DNA of 20,000 nucleotides from an uncultured virus (IMG/VR IMGVR_UViG_2788500181_000007) (Duplodnaviria > Heunggongvirae > Uroviricota > Caudoviricetes): the IMG/VR virus record IMGVR_UViG_2788500181_000007; one strand, given 5' to 3'. The translations under genes and the position numbers were made by a program. Positions 1 to 8,673 of this stretch are shown here, in pieces. A model generated the notes under the pieces. It was not told where the DNA came from. It saw only the letters and a program-made list of their open reading frames with translations, and made no database searches. The first letter of the stretch is position 1. Every line of letters begins with the position of its first letter.

Positions 1-16
1 ACAATTGGTGTGTGAA

Positions 17-57
17 GGGGGGCCCGGGGTTTTTCCTTCTGTTTTCCTCGGCCCCCC
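17..57. promoter_or_regulatory. GC-rich stem-loop upstream of the DNA polymerase gene (terminator or other regulatory hairpin)
   Basis: GGGGGGCC(C)GGGG (17-29) pairs with CCTCGGCCCCCC (46-57) around a 16-nt pyrimidine-rich loop. There is no clear U-tract after the stem. Confidence 0.5.
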
Positions 58-84
58 AACTCGCACTGTCTACCATTACGCAAC

Positions 85-1986
85 ATGCCTAACGATGAAA
101 AATTCTGCGCCATCGACTTTGAGACCTATTACGACTCCAAGTATTCGATCGCGCGACTGTCTACCTACCAATACGTAAACCACGAAGAGTTTAACGCTTA
201 CATGGTCGCGGTTTACAACGACGACTTTGAATACGTCGGAACCGTGGAAGGTATGGACTGGACCCGCCTCAAGGATTACACCTTGATCGCGCACAACGCC
301 TCTTTTGATCAGCGCGTTTTTGAACGCCTCCAAGAGATCGGCGAGATTCCCAACAATGTCGGAAAGAAGTGGATCTGCACTGCCGACATGTGTTGTTACT
401 TTCAGTATCAACGAAACCTTAAGGGTGCCGCCAAGGAGATCTTGGGGGTGGAGATGGACAAAGGTATTCGCGACAACCTAAAGGGTCTGGACTGGGAAGA
501 CCTCTCCGCCCAAGACATGGTGAAGGATACCTACGATTACGCCCTGAATGACGCTCGCTATTGCTTCCAAATTTGGGATAAGCTGTACCCCGATTGGCCC
601 CTTGTCGAACGTCGAGCTAGTGAGATCAATCGGGATATGGGTTGGGAAGGACTCCCGTGCAACCCCTACGACATGGAGATCGAGAGCGACAANATGTCAC
701 ACAAGTCCTTCAATGCCCGGAAACGTCTTCCGTGGTATGAGCAGATTGACCCCGACACCAAGAAACCGTACGCCATATACAGCAAGAAGGCGCTGGCCCT
801 CGAATGCCGTCGACGCGGGATACCCGTACCAAAATCTCTAGACAAGAAGAACAAGGATTTCCTAGCTTGGAACGAGGAGTACGGCGAGATCTTTACTTGT
901 GCTACCGACATGCAGGAAGTTCAGCGGATCAACAAGCACTCCAAGACTTTGGATGCTATGATTGAACGGATTTTTGAGGATCGCATTAAGTATCAGACCA
1001 AGTATTTCGGGGCTTCCATTACGGGACGCTTCAGCGGAACTGACGGATTGAACGTGCAGAACTTGCCAGTGGGCTCCAAGCACGGGCTTAATCTGCGGGG
1101 TTGTATCCGAGCTCACGGGGGGAAGTCCTTTGTGAGTGTCGACTACTCCAATATTGAAGCTCGGGTCACTCCTTGGGTAGCCGGCGACACGGACACCCTT
1201 GATCTTATCCGAGAGGGTTTAAATCCATACGAGGTACACGCGCGCCTAACCATGGGTTGGGAGGGGGGCTCCCTCAAGAAAGAGGATCCCGAGCTGTACA
1301 CCCTCGCGAAGGTTCGTGTGTTGCAGTTGGGCTACGGTTCCGGATGGGCCAAGTTCGCCGATACCGTCAAGCTCTTCGAGCAACAGCATGTTTTGGATAG
1401 GGAGTTTTCCTTGGAAGACGAAGCTCGATTCAAGAAGTTTGCGGGTACATATCAGCCGGGCAAGGCCAGCCTATACCCTACCCTTTCGACCTACGACCGT
1501 CGACAATGGATCAACGCATATCTACAGGTGGATGACTTCCGTCAGAAGAATCCCAATATCGTTTGCCATTGGAAAACGCACGACAAGCTTTTCAAGCAAG
1601 CCGCCAACCATGGAAGGGATTACCAGATTCCGATGTTTAGTGGTCGCCTCTTGAAATACTTCCGTTGCCGTCACGAATCCGACGGGACCACTGCGGCCGA
1701 GCAGATGGGTAGCCCTCGCAGGCATTACTTCTACGGCGCCAACCTATTCCAGAACGTAGTTCAAGCGACTGCTCGGGATCTTTTCGTGGACGCTATGGTT
1801 CGCTTACATGAGGCGGGCTTCAAGGTCGTCATGCACGTACACGATGAGGTTCTGGTCGAGGTCGACGAGGCCGATGCCCAGGAGTCCTTGGATAAAGTCA
1901 TTGAAATTATGAGCACACCCCCGTCTTGGGCCGAGGAACTTCCTTTGGCTGCTGAGGGGCAAATAACCAAGGAGTACACAAAATGA
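85..1986 (+). CDS. polA: Phage family A DNA polymerase with 3'-5' exonuclease domain (no 5'-3' exonuclease); Leu762 type
   Basis: ExoI AIDFETY, ExoII AHNASFD, ExoIII YALND; TGRFSG and NVQNLP; motif A DYSNIEARV; motif B AKVRVLQLGYG; motif C HVHDEV. Confidence 0.95.
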   Translation: MPNDEKFCAIDFETYYDSKYSIARLSTYQYVNHEEFNAYMVAVYNDDFEYVGTVEGMDWTRLKDYTLIAHNASFDQRVFERLQEIGEIPNNVGKKWICTADMCCYFQYQRNLKGAAKEILGVEMDKGIRDNLKGLDWEDLSAQDMVKDTYDYALNDARYCFQIWDKLYPDWPLVERRASEINRDMGWEGLPCNPYDMEIESDXMSHKSFNARKRLPWYEQIDPDTKKPYAIYSKKALALECRRRGIPVPKSLDKKNKDFLAWNEEYGEIFTCATDMQEVQRINKHSKTLDAMIERIFEDRIKYQTKYFGASITGRFSGTDGLNVQNLPVGSKHGLNLRGCIRAHGGKSFVSVDYSNIEARVTPWVAGDTDTLDLIREGLNPYEVHARLTMGWEGGSLKKEDPELYTLAKVRVLQLGYGSGWAKFADTVKLFEQQHVLDREFSLEDEARFKKFAGTYQPGKASLYPTLSTYDRRQWINAYLQVDDFRQKNPNIVCHWKTHDKLFKQAANHGRDYQIPMFSGRLLKYFRCRHESDGTTAAEQMGSPRRHYFYGANLFQNVVQATARDLFVDAMVRLHEAGFKVVMHVHDEVLVEVDEADAQESLDKVIEIMSTPPSWAEELPLAAEGQITKEYTK

Positions 1987-2552
1987 ACAGAGTAATAGGA
2001 TTAGCAGGCCCCAAGGGCTGTGGGAAATCGACCTTCGCAAGCAAGCTTTGCATTCACTATGGGTTTACCGCCGTCTCATTTTCATACCCGATCAAAGCCA
2101 TGCTTCATACCATGGGCGTCGACATGCAACTGCTCACCGATCCCGTCCGAAAGGAGGAGGTTATCGAGGAGTTGGGGTGTAGCCCACGATACTTGATGCA
2201 GACTCTTGGAACGGAATGGGGGCGCACACTAGTTGACGATCAGCTGTGGCTGAAATTAGCGAAGAAGAGAATAGAGAGCGACTCATCTCGAGACTACGTC
2301 GTGGACGATGTCCGATTTGTAAATGAGTGTGAATTAGTTCACTCTTTAGGTGGGTGCATTATTCGATTCGACAAAGACAAACAGACGCAAGATTCGCACA
2401 CTTCGGAAGCGGGGCTTCCCAACGACCTAGTGGAGTTCGATATCTCTGGGTTCAAGCACCAAGACCCTGACGAGTTCGTCCAAGACTTCATGGAAATTAA
2501 ATACAATGGAACTTTCAACAATACCAAACCTCAGGTCGAACTTAGTCACTAG
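1983..2552 (+). CDS. Deoxynucleoside monophosphate kinase (T4 gp1-like phage dNMP kinase)
   Basis: P-loop GLAGPKGCGKST; family motifs SPRYLMQTLGTEWGR, VDDVRFVNE and HTSEAGL; ATGA overlap with the polymerase stop. Confidence 0.9.
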   Translation: MNRVIGLAGPKGCGKSTFASKLCIHYGFTAVSFSYPIKAMLHTMGVDMQLLTDPVRKEEVIEELGCSPRYLMQTLGTEWGRTLVDDQLWLKLAKKRIESDSSRDYVVDDVRFVNECELVHSLGGCIIRFDKDKQTQDSHTSEAGLPNDLVEFDISGFKHQDPDEFVQDFMEIKYNGTFNNTKPQVELSH

Positions 2553-4584
2553 AAAGCATATTGACGAGATCGTCTCCCTCAAATTCGACCTACCCCGATT
2601 CCGCAGTCAAGCTGAATACAAGAGATGGGCTTCACAGCCTCAAACTAAATACCTAGCATACAACTGTGTTGAGGCGGCGGATCCGCATCAGCGCTTGAAC
2701 AAGGACAACCCACCCAAGTTTCTAAAGGGGTTCTGCGTCGACTGGGATGCGAAGCTTACCGATCTCGAGTACGACGAATGCGTCGGGCGGATGATGGACA
2801 GCGCTTACCCTGCGAATTGGATCTCGCGGAGCTACAGTGGAGGCTTGCATGCTGTTTACTTTTTCGAAGGTGAGATACTCTGCCACGGCAAAAGTGCGAC
2901 GGAAAAGTTTCTGAGGCGAGCTGCCAAGGAGATGAACTTCGATGGGCTCGCTCGGAAATTTGACAAGGGTAACTTCCTAGACCCTTTCTCGTACGTCCTC
3001 TACGGTAGTGATTGGAAGGAGATTGACGCCGAATCCCGGATCGACTTAAAGACCCTCCACTACTGGCAGTACGAAAGCTCGAGCGATCGTGACTTTGACG
3101 ACGGAGTGATCATTCCACTCGACGTAGTGAAGGCTGAGATCGATCAGCGATTCCCGGGGGCTTGGGACGGGCCCTTCCGGGAAGGTTCCCAAGGTGTTCG
3201 CTTCTGGGATCCGACCGCCGACAACCCTCGAGCCGCAGTTGTTCGCGAGCGTGGCTTCCAATGCTTCACGGGCGACCGAGGCTTTATGCGTTGGGTCGAT
3301 GTATTCGGCACGGACTTTGTTCGCGACTATGAAGTTAATCGAATCGGTGAAGCGATCGTCCATTACTGGTTCGACGGTAAAAACTATTTTGTCGAGGACG
3401 GCAATGGCGGTTTCGTTGTTTCCGGCAGGGATGACACCAAGTTAGACGTAATGGGACGGCATGGCCTGAGCGACCGCCCAAGGCGCGAAGACAACCTTTC
3501 CGAGGCTAGGCGAGCCATGTATCAAATCAACACCGGAAAACGCGTGGAGGCCGGCATACCTTTCGTATTCACCAAGTCTCGCATTGTAAAGCATGAGGGG
3601 CAACGCTACTTCAACACGTCTAGGATCAAGCCCTTGACCCCGGCTGACGGGGATCCTGAGTGGGGCGAAGGCTTTCCGACGATTGTGTCGTGGATGGAAA
3701 CCATGTTCGGAGAAGAGCAGCTTAAGCACGAAATTGGCTGGCTTTCTTACGCCTATCGACACGCCTACGCAGGTGCTCCGAAAAGAGGTCACGCCCATTT
3801 TTTGGTCGGACCGCCTAACACTGGTAAAACATTGTATAACAAATCTGTTTTAGGGGGTTTGTTCGGGGGCGGAATCAAGGCATCGGAATATCTATGCGGA
3901 AAGGACAGTTGGACTGATTATCTTTTCGAGTACGGGATGTGGCTAGTCGACGACGAGGCTCCGTCGGAGAGCGCTTCAATGCACACGGCCTTCACAGCTA
4001 AGCTGAAGGAGCACGTCGCCAATGACACCTTCCTCATCAACGGAAAATACATGAAGTCAGGCCGAGCTTTTTGGCGGGGTAGGATTAGCATCACGCTTAA
4101 TGACGACCCCATCTCGATGAGACTCCTGCCCGATCTCGACATGTCGATCAAGGATAAGGTCATGATCTTCAAGTGCAATTCCGGGTTCCGTTTTACTGCC
4201 GAAACCAAGAGCAAGGTGGATTCGGAGCTACCTCATTTTGCTCGGTGGCTACTCAACTACGAGATACCGTCGACCAAGGATTTTGAGAGGTTCGGAGTCC
4301 AAGCGTATATTAATCCCGCTTTGGAAAACATGGCGAAAGCCGATTCCCGATATAGCCACATAACGGAACTGATGAATATGTTCAGAGATACCCTTGCCGA
4401 CGATGCTTGGGAGGGCACAACCTCCGAACTACTGGTTGTCCTAGGTGCGAACGAGAACAACCGAATACTTTTGAGGGATATGAACCCAAGAAAGCTAGGT
4501 TGGGGGTTGAACCACATATTCTCAAAGGGGCATGATTGGCTGTCCAAGCCCCGCCATAGAATCTGGAGGGTTGATGGGAGCTAG
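2506..4584 (+). CDS. Primase/helicase fusion: N-terminal AEP (prim-pol)-like domain and C-terminal SF3/D5-like (DUF5906-type) P-loop helicase
   Basis: AEP-like motif I GFCVDWD and motif II SYSGGLHAVY; Walker A GPPNTGKT; Walker B WLVDDE; SF3 motif C-like ISITLND; replication-module context. Confidence 0.8.
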   Translation: MELSTIPNLRSNLVTRKHIDEIVSLKFDLPRFRSQAEYKRWASQPQTKYLAYNCVEAADPHQRLNKDNPPKFLKGFCVDWDAKLTDLEYDECVGRMMDSAYPANWISRSYSGGLHAVYFFEGEILCHGKSATEKFLRRAAKEMNFDGLARKFDKGNFLDPFSYVLYGSDWKEIDAESRIDLKTLHYWQYESSSDRDFDDGVIIPLDVVKAEIDQRFPGAWDGPFREGSQGVRFWDPTADNPRAAVVRERGFQCFTGDRGFMRWVDVFGTDFVRDYEVNRIGEAIVHYWFDGKNYFVEDGNGGFVVSGRDDTKLDVMGRHGLSDRPRREDNLSEARRAMYQINTGKRVEAGIPFVFTKSRIVKHEGQRYFNTSRIKPLTPADGDPEWGEGFPTIVSWMETMFGEEQLKHEIGWLSYAYRHAYAGAPKRGHAHFLVGPPNTGKTLYNKSVLGGLFGGGIKASEYLCGKDSWTDYLFEYGMWLVDDEAPSESASMHTAFTAKLKEHVANDTFLINGKYMKSGRAFWRGRISITLNDDPISMRLLPDLDMSIKDKVMIFKCNSGFRFTAETKSKVDSELPHFARWLLNYEIPSTKDFERFGVQAYINPALENMAKADSRYSHITELMNMFRDTLADDAWEGTTSELLVVLGANENNRILLRDMNPRKLGWGLNHIFSKGHDWLSKPRHRIWRVDGS

Positions 4585-4999
4585 TGTCAACAAGGCCAGC
4601 GGAACGGTGTTTGAGTATATCTTCGCAGTTGCAGCTATGCAAAGAGGGTTGCATCCTTTCATGCCTTTGGAAACGCATCTCCCTCAAGATTACGTAGTCA
4701 TGAACGACGCCGGGAAATCTTTTCGAGTTCAGGTGAAAGGCACTCAGCACGTGACACAGACCTCCCCGACGGCACGGAAGCGCTACAAGATAATGTCTTC
4801 CACGGGTGCTAGCACCAAGAACCCAATAGATTGCGCCAAGGTGGACATCGTACCTAGTTACATTGCGACAGAAGATATCTGGTATATCATTCCGTGCCTC
4901 GAGCTACAGAACAGTAAGACTTTTTGGTTATACAACCATCCGGAGTCGAAGGGGCGTTTGGAGAAATGGAAAGAACGATGGGATTTATTCAGACAATGA
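4574..4999 (+). CDS. PD-(D/E)XK endonuclease (PDDEXK_5 / I-Ssp6803I-like; homing endonuclease or resolvase)
   Basis: Pattern G-x2-F-E...G...P...P-x-D-Y-V-V...R-V-Q-V-K is typical of this family. ATG 4574, with GGAGG just upstream, is preferred over the ORF-track start at 4532. Confidence 0.75.
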   Translation: MGASVNKASGTVFEYIFAVAAMQRGLHPFMPLETHLPQDYVVMNDAGKSFRVQVKGTQHVTQTSPTARKRYKIMSSTGASTKNPIDCAKVDIVPSYIATEDIWYIIPCLELQNSKTFWLYNHPESKGRLEKWKERWDLFRQ

Positions 5000-5025
5000 T
5001 GGATTGGGTATATATGCTCATTTGG

Positions 5026-5337
5026 CTATTCTTGATCTTGTGCATCTTGGACCACCTTTTTTGACTTGAAGAAACCGGCCTTCCTTAGGCGGATCCGTAC
5101 CGACTCTTCCGAACACGCCAATATTCTTCCGATGGTTCCGGGATGATACCCCTCCAAATACCTAGCCATAATAAACCCCTCGTAGATTTGAAGCCTCCTC
5201 TTCATCCGCAGTTGGTCATTTGCGTTAAGGTATTTTCTTTCGGACTCCCGGTTCCCGACTTGCTCCGCATCAGACAAGCCCAGGGCCGCCCGCACTTGCT
5301 CTCGAGTTAGGCCGATCCGCTTAAGCACATTACTCAA
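5026..5337 (-). CDS. Small helix-turn-helix DNA-binding protein (sigma-r4/LuxR-like C-terminal HTH)
   Basis: C-terminal YLEGYHPGTIGRILACSEESVRIRLRKAG fits an HTH pattern. The TTG start overlaps the upstream TGA (TTGA). Confidence 0.6.
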   Translation of the reverse strand: MSNVLKRIGLTREQVRAALGLSDAEQVGNRESERKYLNANDQLRMKRRLQIYEGFIMARYLEGYHPGTIGRILACSEESVRIRLRKAGFFKSKKVVQDAQDQE

Positions 5338-5582
5338 AGTTTAACGACAGAGGAAGCTGACTTCTTAGGAGGAAACTGCACAGAGCCTTCGGATTCTAGT
5401 TCCGTCGACTCACCCTCAAATTTAAAATATATGGTAACCTCTACCGCCGACTCCATGTTGTTCTCGATGGCGGCCAGACGGATTTGCGGGAGCAGGTCAT
5501 CTACAATCCCCTTCACTTGCGAACCCACTGCGGTCAGTACGCTTTTTTCAATTTCAGCTTGATGTTCCAACCAATCTTTCAT
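5334..5582 (-). CDS. Hypothetical protein, 82 aa
   Basis: ATG preceded by purine-rich GAAGGGGAA; coupled to the downstream HTH gene. Confidence 0.7.
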   Translation of the reverse strand: MKDWLEHQAEIEKSVLTAVGSQVKGIVDDLLPQIRLAAIENNMESAVEVTIYFKFEGESTELESEGSVQFPPKKSASSVVKL

Positions 5583-5593
5583 TCAATTCCCCT

Positions 5594-5794
5594 TCAGTAC
5601 AAAGTCACTACACACTCGCGAATTACAATATATAACAAAAAGAGACATTGATTGCAAGTCGTTTATTTCTAGCGACTTAGTAGCTTAAGCACTAGATAGG
5701 GGGTCTAACCCCTTTATTGCTGGCACTATGGTGTTTCTGAAACTAATAGAAACAGATGAATACACACACCACTCAGTCCAGAATCAGTACAAAG
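5594..5794. mobile_element. Putative attP region with tandem integrase arm-type repeats
   Basis: TCAGTACAAAG occurs at 5594-5604 and 5784-5794, each paired with an 11-bp-period degenerate copy (TCACTACACAC 5605-5615; TCAGTCCAGAA 5773-5783). The AT-rich interior has several inverted repeats and lies next to the integrase. Confidence 0.55.
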
Positions 5795-6931
5795 ACCAAG
5801 CAAGGAGCTACAATTTCCAAACGCAGTAAGGCAGGAGCTTGGCGCTATGTCACTCGCGCCGGCGGAAAAGACTATTACTTCCCCTTAGGTTACTCCGAAA
5901 ACGAGGCCAAAGAGTTGGCTGACAAGGTTCGGGCGACGATACTGTTGGAAGGTATCGATACCGCTCGGGAGAAGTTCTGCCAGAAGGCTCTGCTCCGGGA
6001 TAAGCCACCCTCTCCGACCATTGACCAAGTACTGACGACCCTCGATCAAATACAGCATGTCATGGGCTGGGCAACAGTTACCAAAAACGGGTACAAAAAT
6101 TCATTGGTCTCCATTGCAAGGACGGCATTAAATAAGTCGACGGAAGAGGTGAAGGCAATGGAGTGCAGTATTTTCAACCCCAGCCTAATTAGCAAATATA
6201 AGGACGCAAAACTGTTTGGCGTGGACAACGAGGCCCGCAAGAAGTCTGTTATGCGCACAATTAATCGTAACATCCGTGAACTGAAAGCGGTTTTCGGTTC
6301 TAATACCGAGCAGTACTTTAGTAAGTACGACATGTCCTTCGTGGGGGCCCTAAAGACCGAGAAGTTCTATCGAGGTCTGCGGAAACTGTACCGCTTACCA
6401 AAAGGACAAATGGTGTCCGACACTTTCGCATTAGCAGATAGTTTAAGCGGGGATCAAGGAACGGCATTAAATTTAGCATTATATTTTGGTCTTAGGCGGG
6501 GTGAGATTTACCACGCTCGACGGGATTGGTTTGATTTGGAAGGAGATCTTTGCCGTATAGATATAGGGGCAGAGCGCGATTTCCGTCCCAAGGGTGGTCA
6601 TGAAGGGATAACTATGGGGTCTAAGGCTGCCGCCGTAGCCATTCTTAATAAAGCGTCGGGCGACGATTATTTATTGGGGCGCCGTGTCAAGGGGGGTCGT
6701 TCCTTATTTCAGGAGCTCGTGAAGGTATTGCGGGGCATTGGGTACACCATGGAAAACGGCAGGGAGAAACCTTTACATGAGATGCGCAAGCTGTTCGGTA
6801 GCTACGTAGCTACCTCGCAGTCTATATACACGGCACAGAAGTACTTAAGACACGCTGATTCGAGTACGACCAATGAGAGCTATGCCGACATTATCGTCGA
6901 CAAAAAGGTTTTAAAGCTGTGGGCGGCTTAG
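5756..6931 (+). CDS. int: Tyrosine recombinase / phage integrase
   Basis: Complete catalytic set: R (GLRRGEI), K (RPKGG), HxxR (HEMRK), H (LRHAD), Y (ESYA). The N-terminal WRYVTRAGGKDYYFPLG resembles an arm-binding beta-sheet domain. Confidence 0.93.
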   Translation: MNTHTTQSRISTKTKQGATISKRSKAGAWRYVTRAGGKDYYFPLGYSENEAKELADKVRATILLEGIDTAREKFCQKALLRDKPPSPTIDQVLTTLDQIQHVMGWATVTKNGYKNSLVSIARTALNKSTEEVKAMECSIFNPSLISKYKDAKLFGVDNEARKKSVMRTINRNIRELKAVFGSNTEQYFSKYDMSFVGALKTEKFYRGLRKLYRLPKGQMVSDTFALADSLSGDQGTALNLALYFGLRRGEIYHARRDWFDLEGDLCRIDIGAERDFRPKGGHEGITMGSKAAAVAILNKASGDDYLLGRRVKGGRSLFQELVKVLRGIGYTMENGREKPLHEMRKLFGSYVATSQSIYTAQKYLRHADSSTTNESYADIIVDKKVLKLWAA

Positions 6932-8673
6932 GTTGTGGTGCCGGCCAAGTGACCGATTACCATCTCGCGTAGATTCCAAGGGTGCCCTTCGCTAGCTACC
7001 ACGAATAAGCGTACGCGAAAACGTACGCCTCGCACATTGGTAAACACCTTCATCTTTTGGGTAATGGTCCCCTTGTACTGTCCCGACACGTTTCCGTTGT
7101 CAGATTCGATGTATGCCCAGACACGACCGGTCGAGTTGGAGGAAAACGTAAGGTGAATGGAGTGAATCTGCTTCTCCGAGTGTTCGTCCCCTAAGGACAT
7201 CCACGCCGTTTCCGCTATAGCTAGGCTGGCATCCTCAAAGTACATGGGGTTATTCAAAGCCCCCGTTCCGTCCTGCGTCTCCGCAAAAGGGGAGCTAAGG
7301 TATTTCCCTCTATACAGGAAAGCTCCATCGGCATCGGCCGCTACATAGCGACCGCCCGGATTGACCGTTGTATCAGGCCACGGATCCGATACCGCAGGAA
7401 AGTCCTTGTCCCTGAAGTGATCTAGATTTGCTGAGAGAATTTTATTATCTTGATCCACGGCGATCACTTCGGACGAGTTATCTACACTGGTAATCGTGGT
7501 CAGTGCGTTGTTTACCATTGGACCCGATAAGGACTTAGCCAGCTCGGAGTATATGAAGCTTTTGTATTTCGGAGGAGTTGCCCAATCTGCGGGCGATCCG
7601 GCATTTACCCAATTCGCATAGTCTGTGTTCTCTGCGAAAACCCAGTAAATCCCAAGTTCAGGGTTGTAGGTTGCAAAGCACTTACTTAGGTCGATCGGAA
7701 GTTCTTTATCCCAGCGACCTTTGGCCATCCAGCTTACCTGATCGGGATCGGCGTACGAATCTTTGTTGTCCGGCCCCCGAGTACCCGATTCGTCTTTGTA
7801 AATTTGACCATCGAAGCCGAGCCAAAAAGGATATGTCCCATTTTCACCTGCAACAACGTTGTGGTTGACTGCTGCGGAAGCGGCGGACAAGGGGGCTTGT
7901 TCAACTCGGTAGCCTGTACTCGCTTGGCCAGGTGCAGGTGCTTTCAGTAAGTGCGCCCCACCGTCGGTATGAACGACCACATGATCTCGGCCTCCGGAAA
8001 GTGCGGTAATTGCATGGCCGTCGGTCATTAAGATCTTTACTTGACTAAGCTGTTCGTCCGTGTACATCGAATCCCGATGCGTTGCTTGCATATCCGCAGG
8101 CTCTGAGATGTAGACTGTGAGCGGTTCATCGGGATTACCCGCCGCATAAATCGTTTTGCGAGGACCAATTACGAAAAACCGGCACTTAGGGAAACGAGCG
8201 TACTCGAGGTGGTAAAGGATCTCATTGGGAGCAACTGTGCGAGGAGATATCCCCACAGTGATTGCTTCCGCGGATCCGTCACCCCAGCAAACTTCATTAT
8301 TACCGATCGCAGACATACTAGCCGGTCGGTCGGGGTATAATTGACCACCCGCAACAGGTACCGAAACATCATAAGATGTACCAAACGGGCCGAGCTCCGT
8401 GTTTGCTTGCTTGAATAGACGAGCATCGTGAACCTCCCCATTTCTACTTGAGAAAATAAGGGTATTGTTCTCTGCGTCATCATTGCCCGTCAGGTGGTTG
8501 TCAGTGTCGGGAGATACGTTACCTACGATTCCGACTTCCGTAAATACGGGAGCAGACCGCAGACCGCCCGCACCTGCTGGTACGCAACCTTCGGCAATTC
8601 TTAAGCTACCTCGATCAGCATCGTCACGGTGTGCTTCGATTCCGGAGAATGAATATATTCTAAAGTGTCTCAT
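6928..8673 (-). CDS. Virion structural protein, probable podovirus tail nozzle / tail tubular protein B-like (beta-propeller)
   Basis: 581 aa, beta-strand-rich. The N-terminal FSG...G-cv-P...G-LR-S-P and C-terminal NVRGVRFRVRL patterns resemble gp12/gp10 stabilisation proteins. It lies in the late operon. Confidence 0.55.
   Translation of the reverse strand: MRHFRIYSFSGIEAHRDDADRGSLRIAEGCVPAGAGGLRSAPVFTEVGIVGNVSPDTDNHLTGNDDAENNTLIFSSRNGEVHDARLFKQANTELGPFGTSYDVSVPVAGGQLYPDRPASMSAIGNNEVCWGDGSAEAITVGISPRTVAPNEILYHLEYARFPKCRFFVIGPRKTIYAAGNPDEPLTVYISEPADMQATHRDSMYTDEQLSQVKILMTDGHAITALSGGRDHVVVHTDGGAHLLKAPAPGQASTGYRVEQAPLSAASAAVNHNVVAGENGTYPFWLGFDGQIYKDESGTRGPDNKDSYADPDQVSWMAKGRWDKELPIDLSKCFATYNPELGIYWVFAENTDYANWVNAGSPADWATPPKYKSFIYSELAKSLSGPMVNNALTTITSVDNSSEVIAVDQDNKILSANLDHFRDKDFPAVSDPWPDTTVNPGGRYVAADADGAFLYRGKYLSSPFAETQDGTGALNNPMYFEDASLAIAETAWMSLGDEHSEKQIHSIHLTFSSNSTGRVWAYIESDNGNVSGQYKGTITQKMKVFTNVRGVRFRVRLFVVASEGHPWNLREMVIGHLAGTTT

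Noticed and set aside
1340..1540. Intein or intron in the DNA polymerase
   Set aside because: The insertion is only about 40 aa, in frame, without intein terminal motifs (C/S...HN) or intron features.
85..2552. Z-genome (DpoZ/PurZ) or other specific modified-base system
   Set aside because: No purZ, datZ, mazZ or other base-modification gene is visible. Polymerase oddities plus a dNMP kinase are not sufficient evidence.
4532..4573. ORF-track start (4532) for the nuclease
   Set aside because: It would overlap the helicase by 53 nt. ATG 4574 gives the family-typical N-terminus and a short coupling overlap.
5690..5728. Possible tRNA 3'-half (T-arm-like GGGGGTCTAACCCCT...GCTGGCACTA) as the att core
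   Set aside because: The loop lacks TTCRA, spacing to the acceptor end is wrong, and there is no CCA or cloverleaf. Not called a tRNA; the core position remains undetermined.
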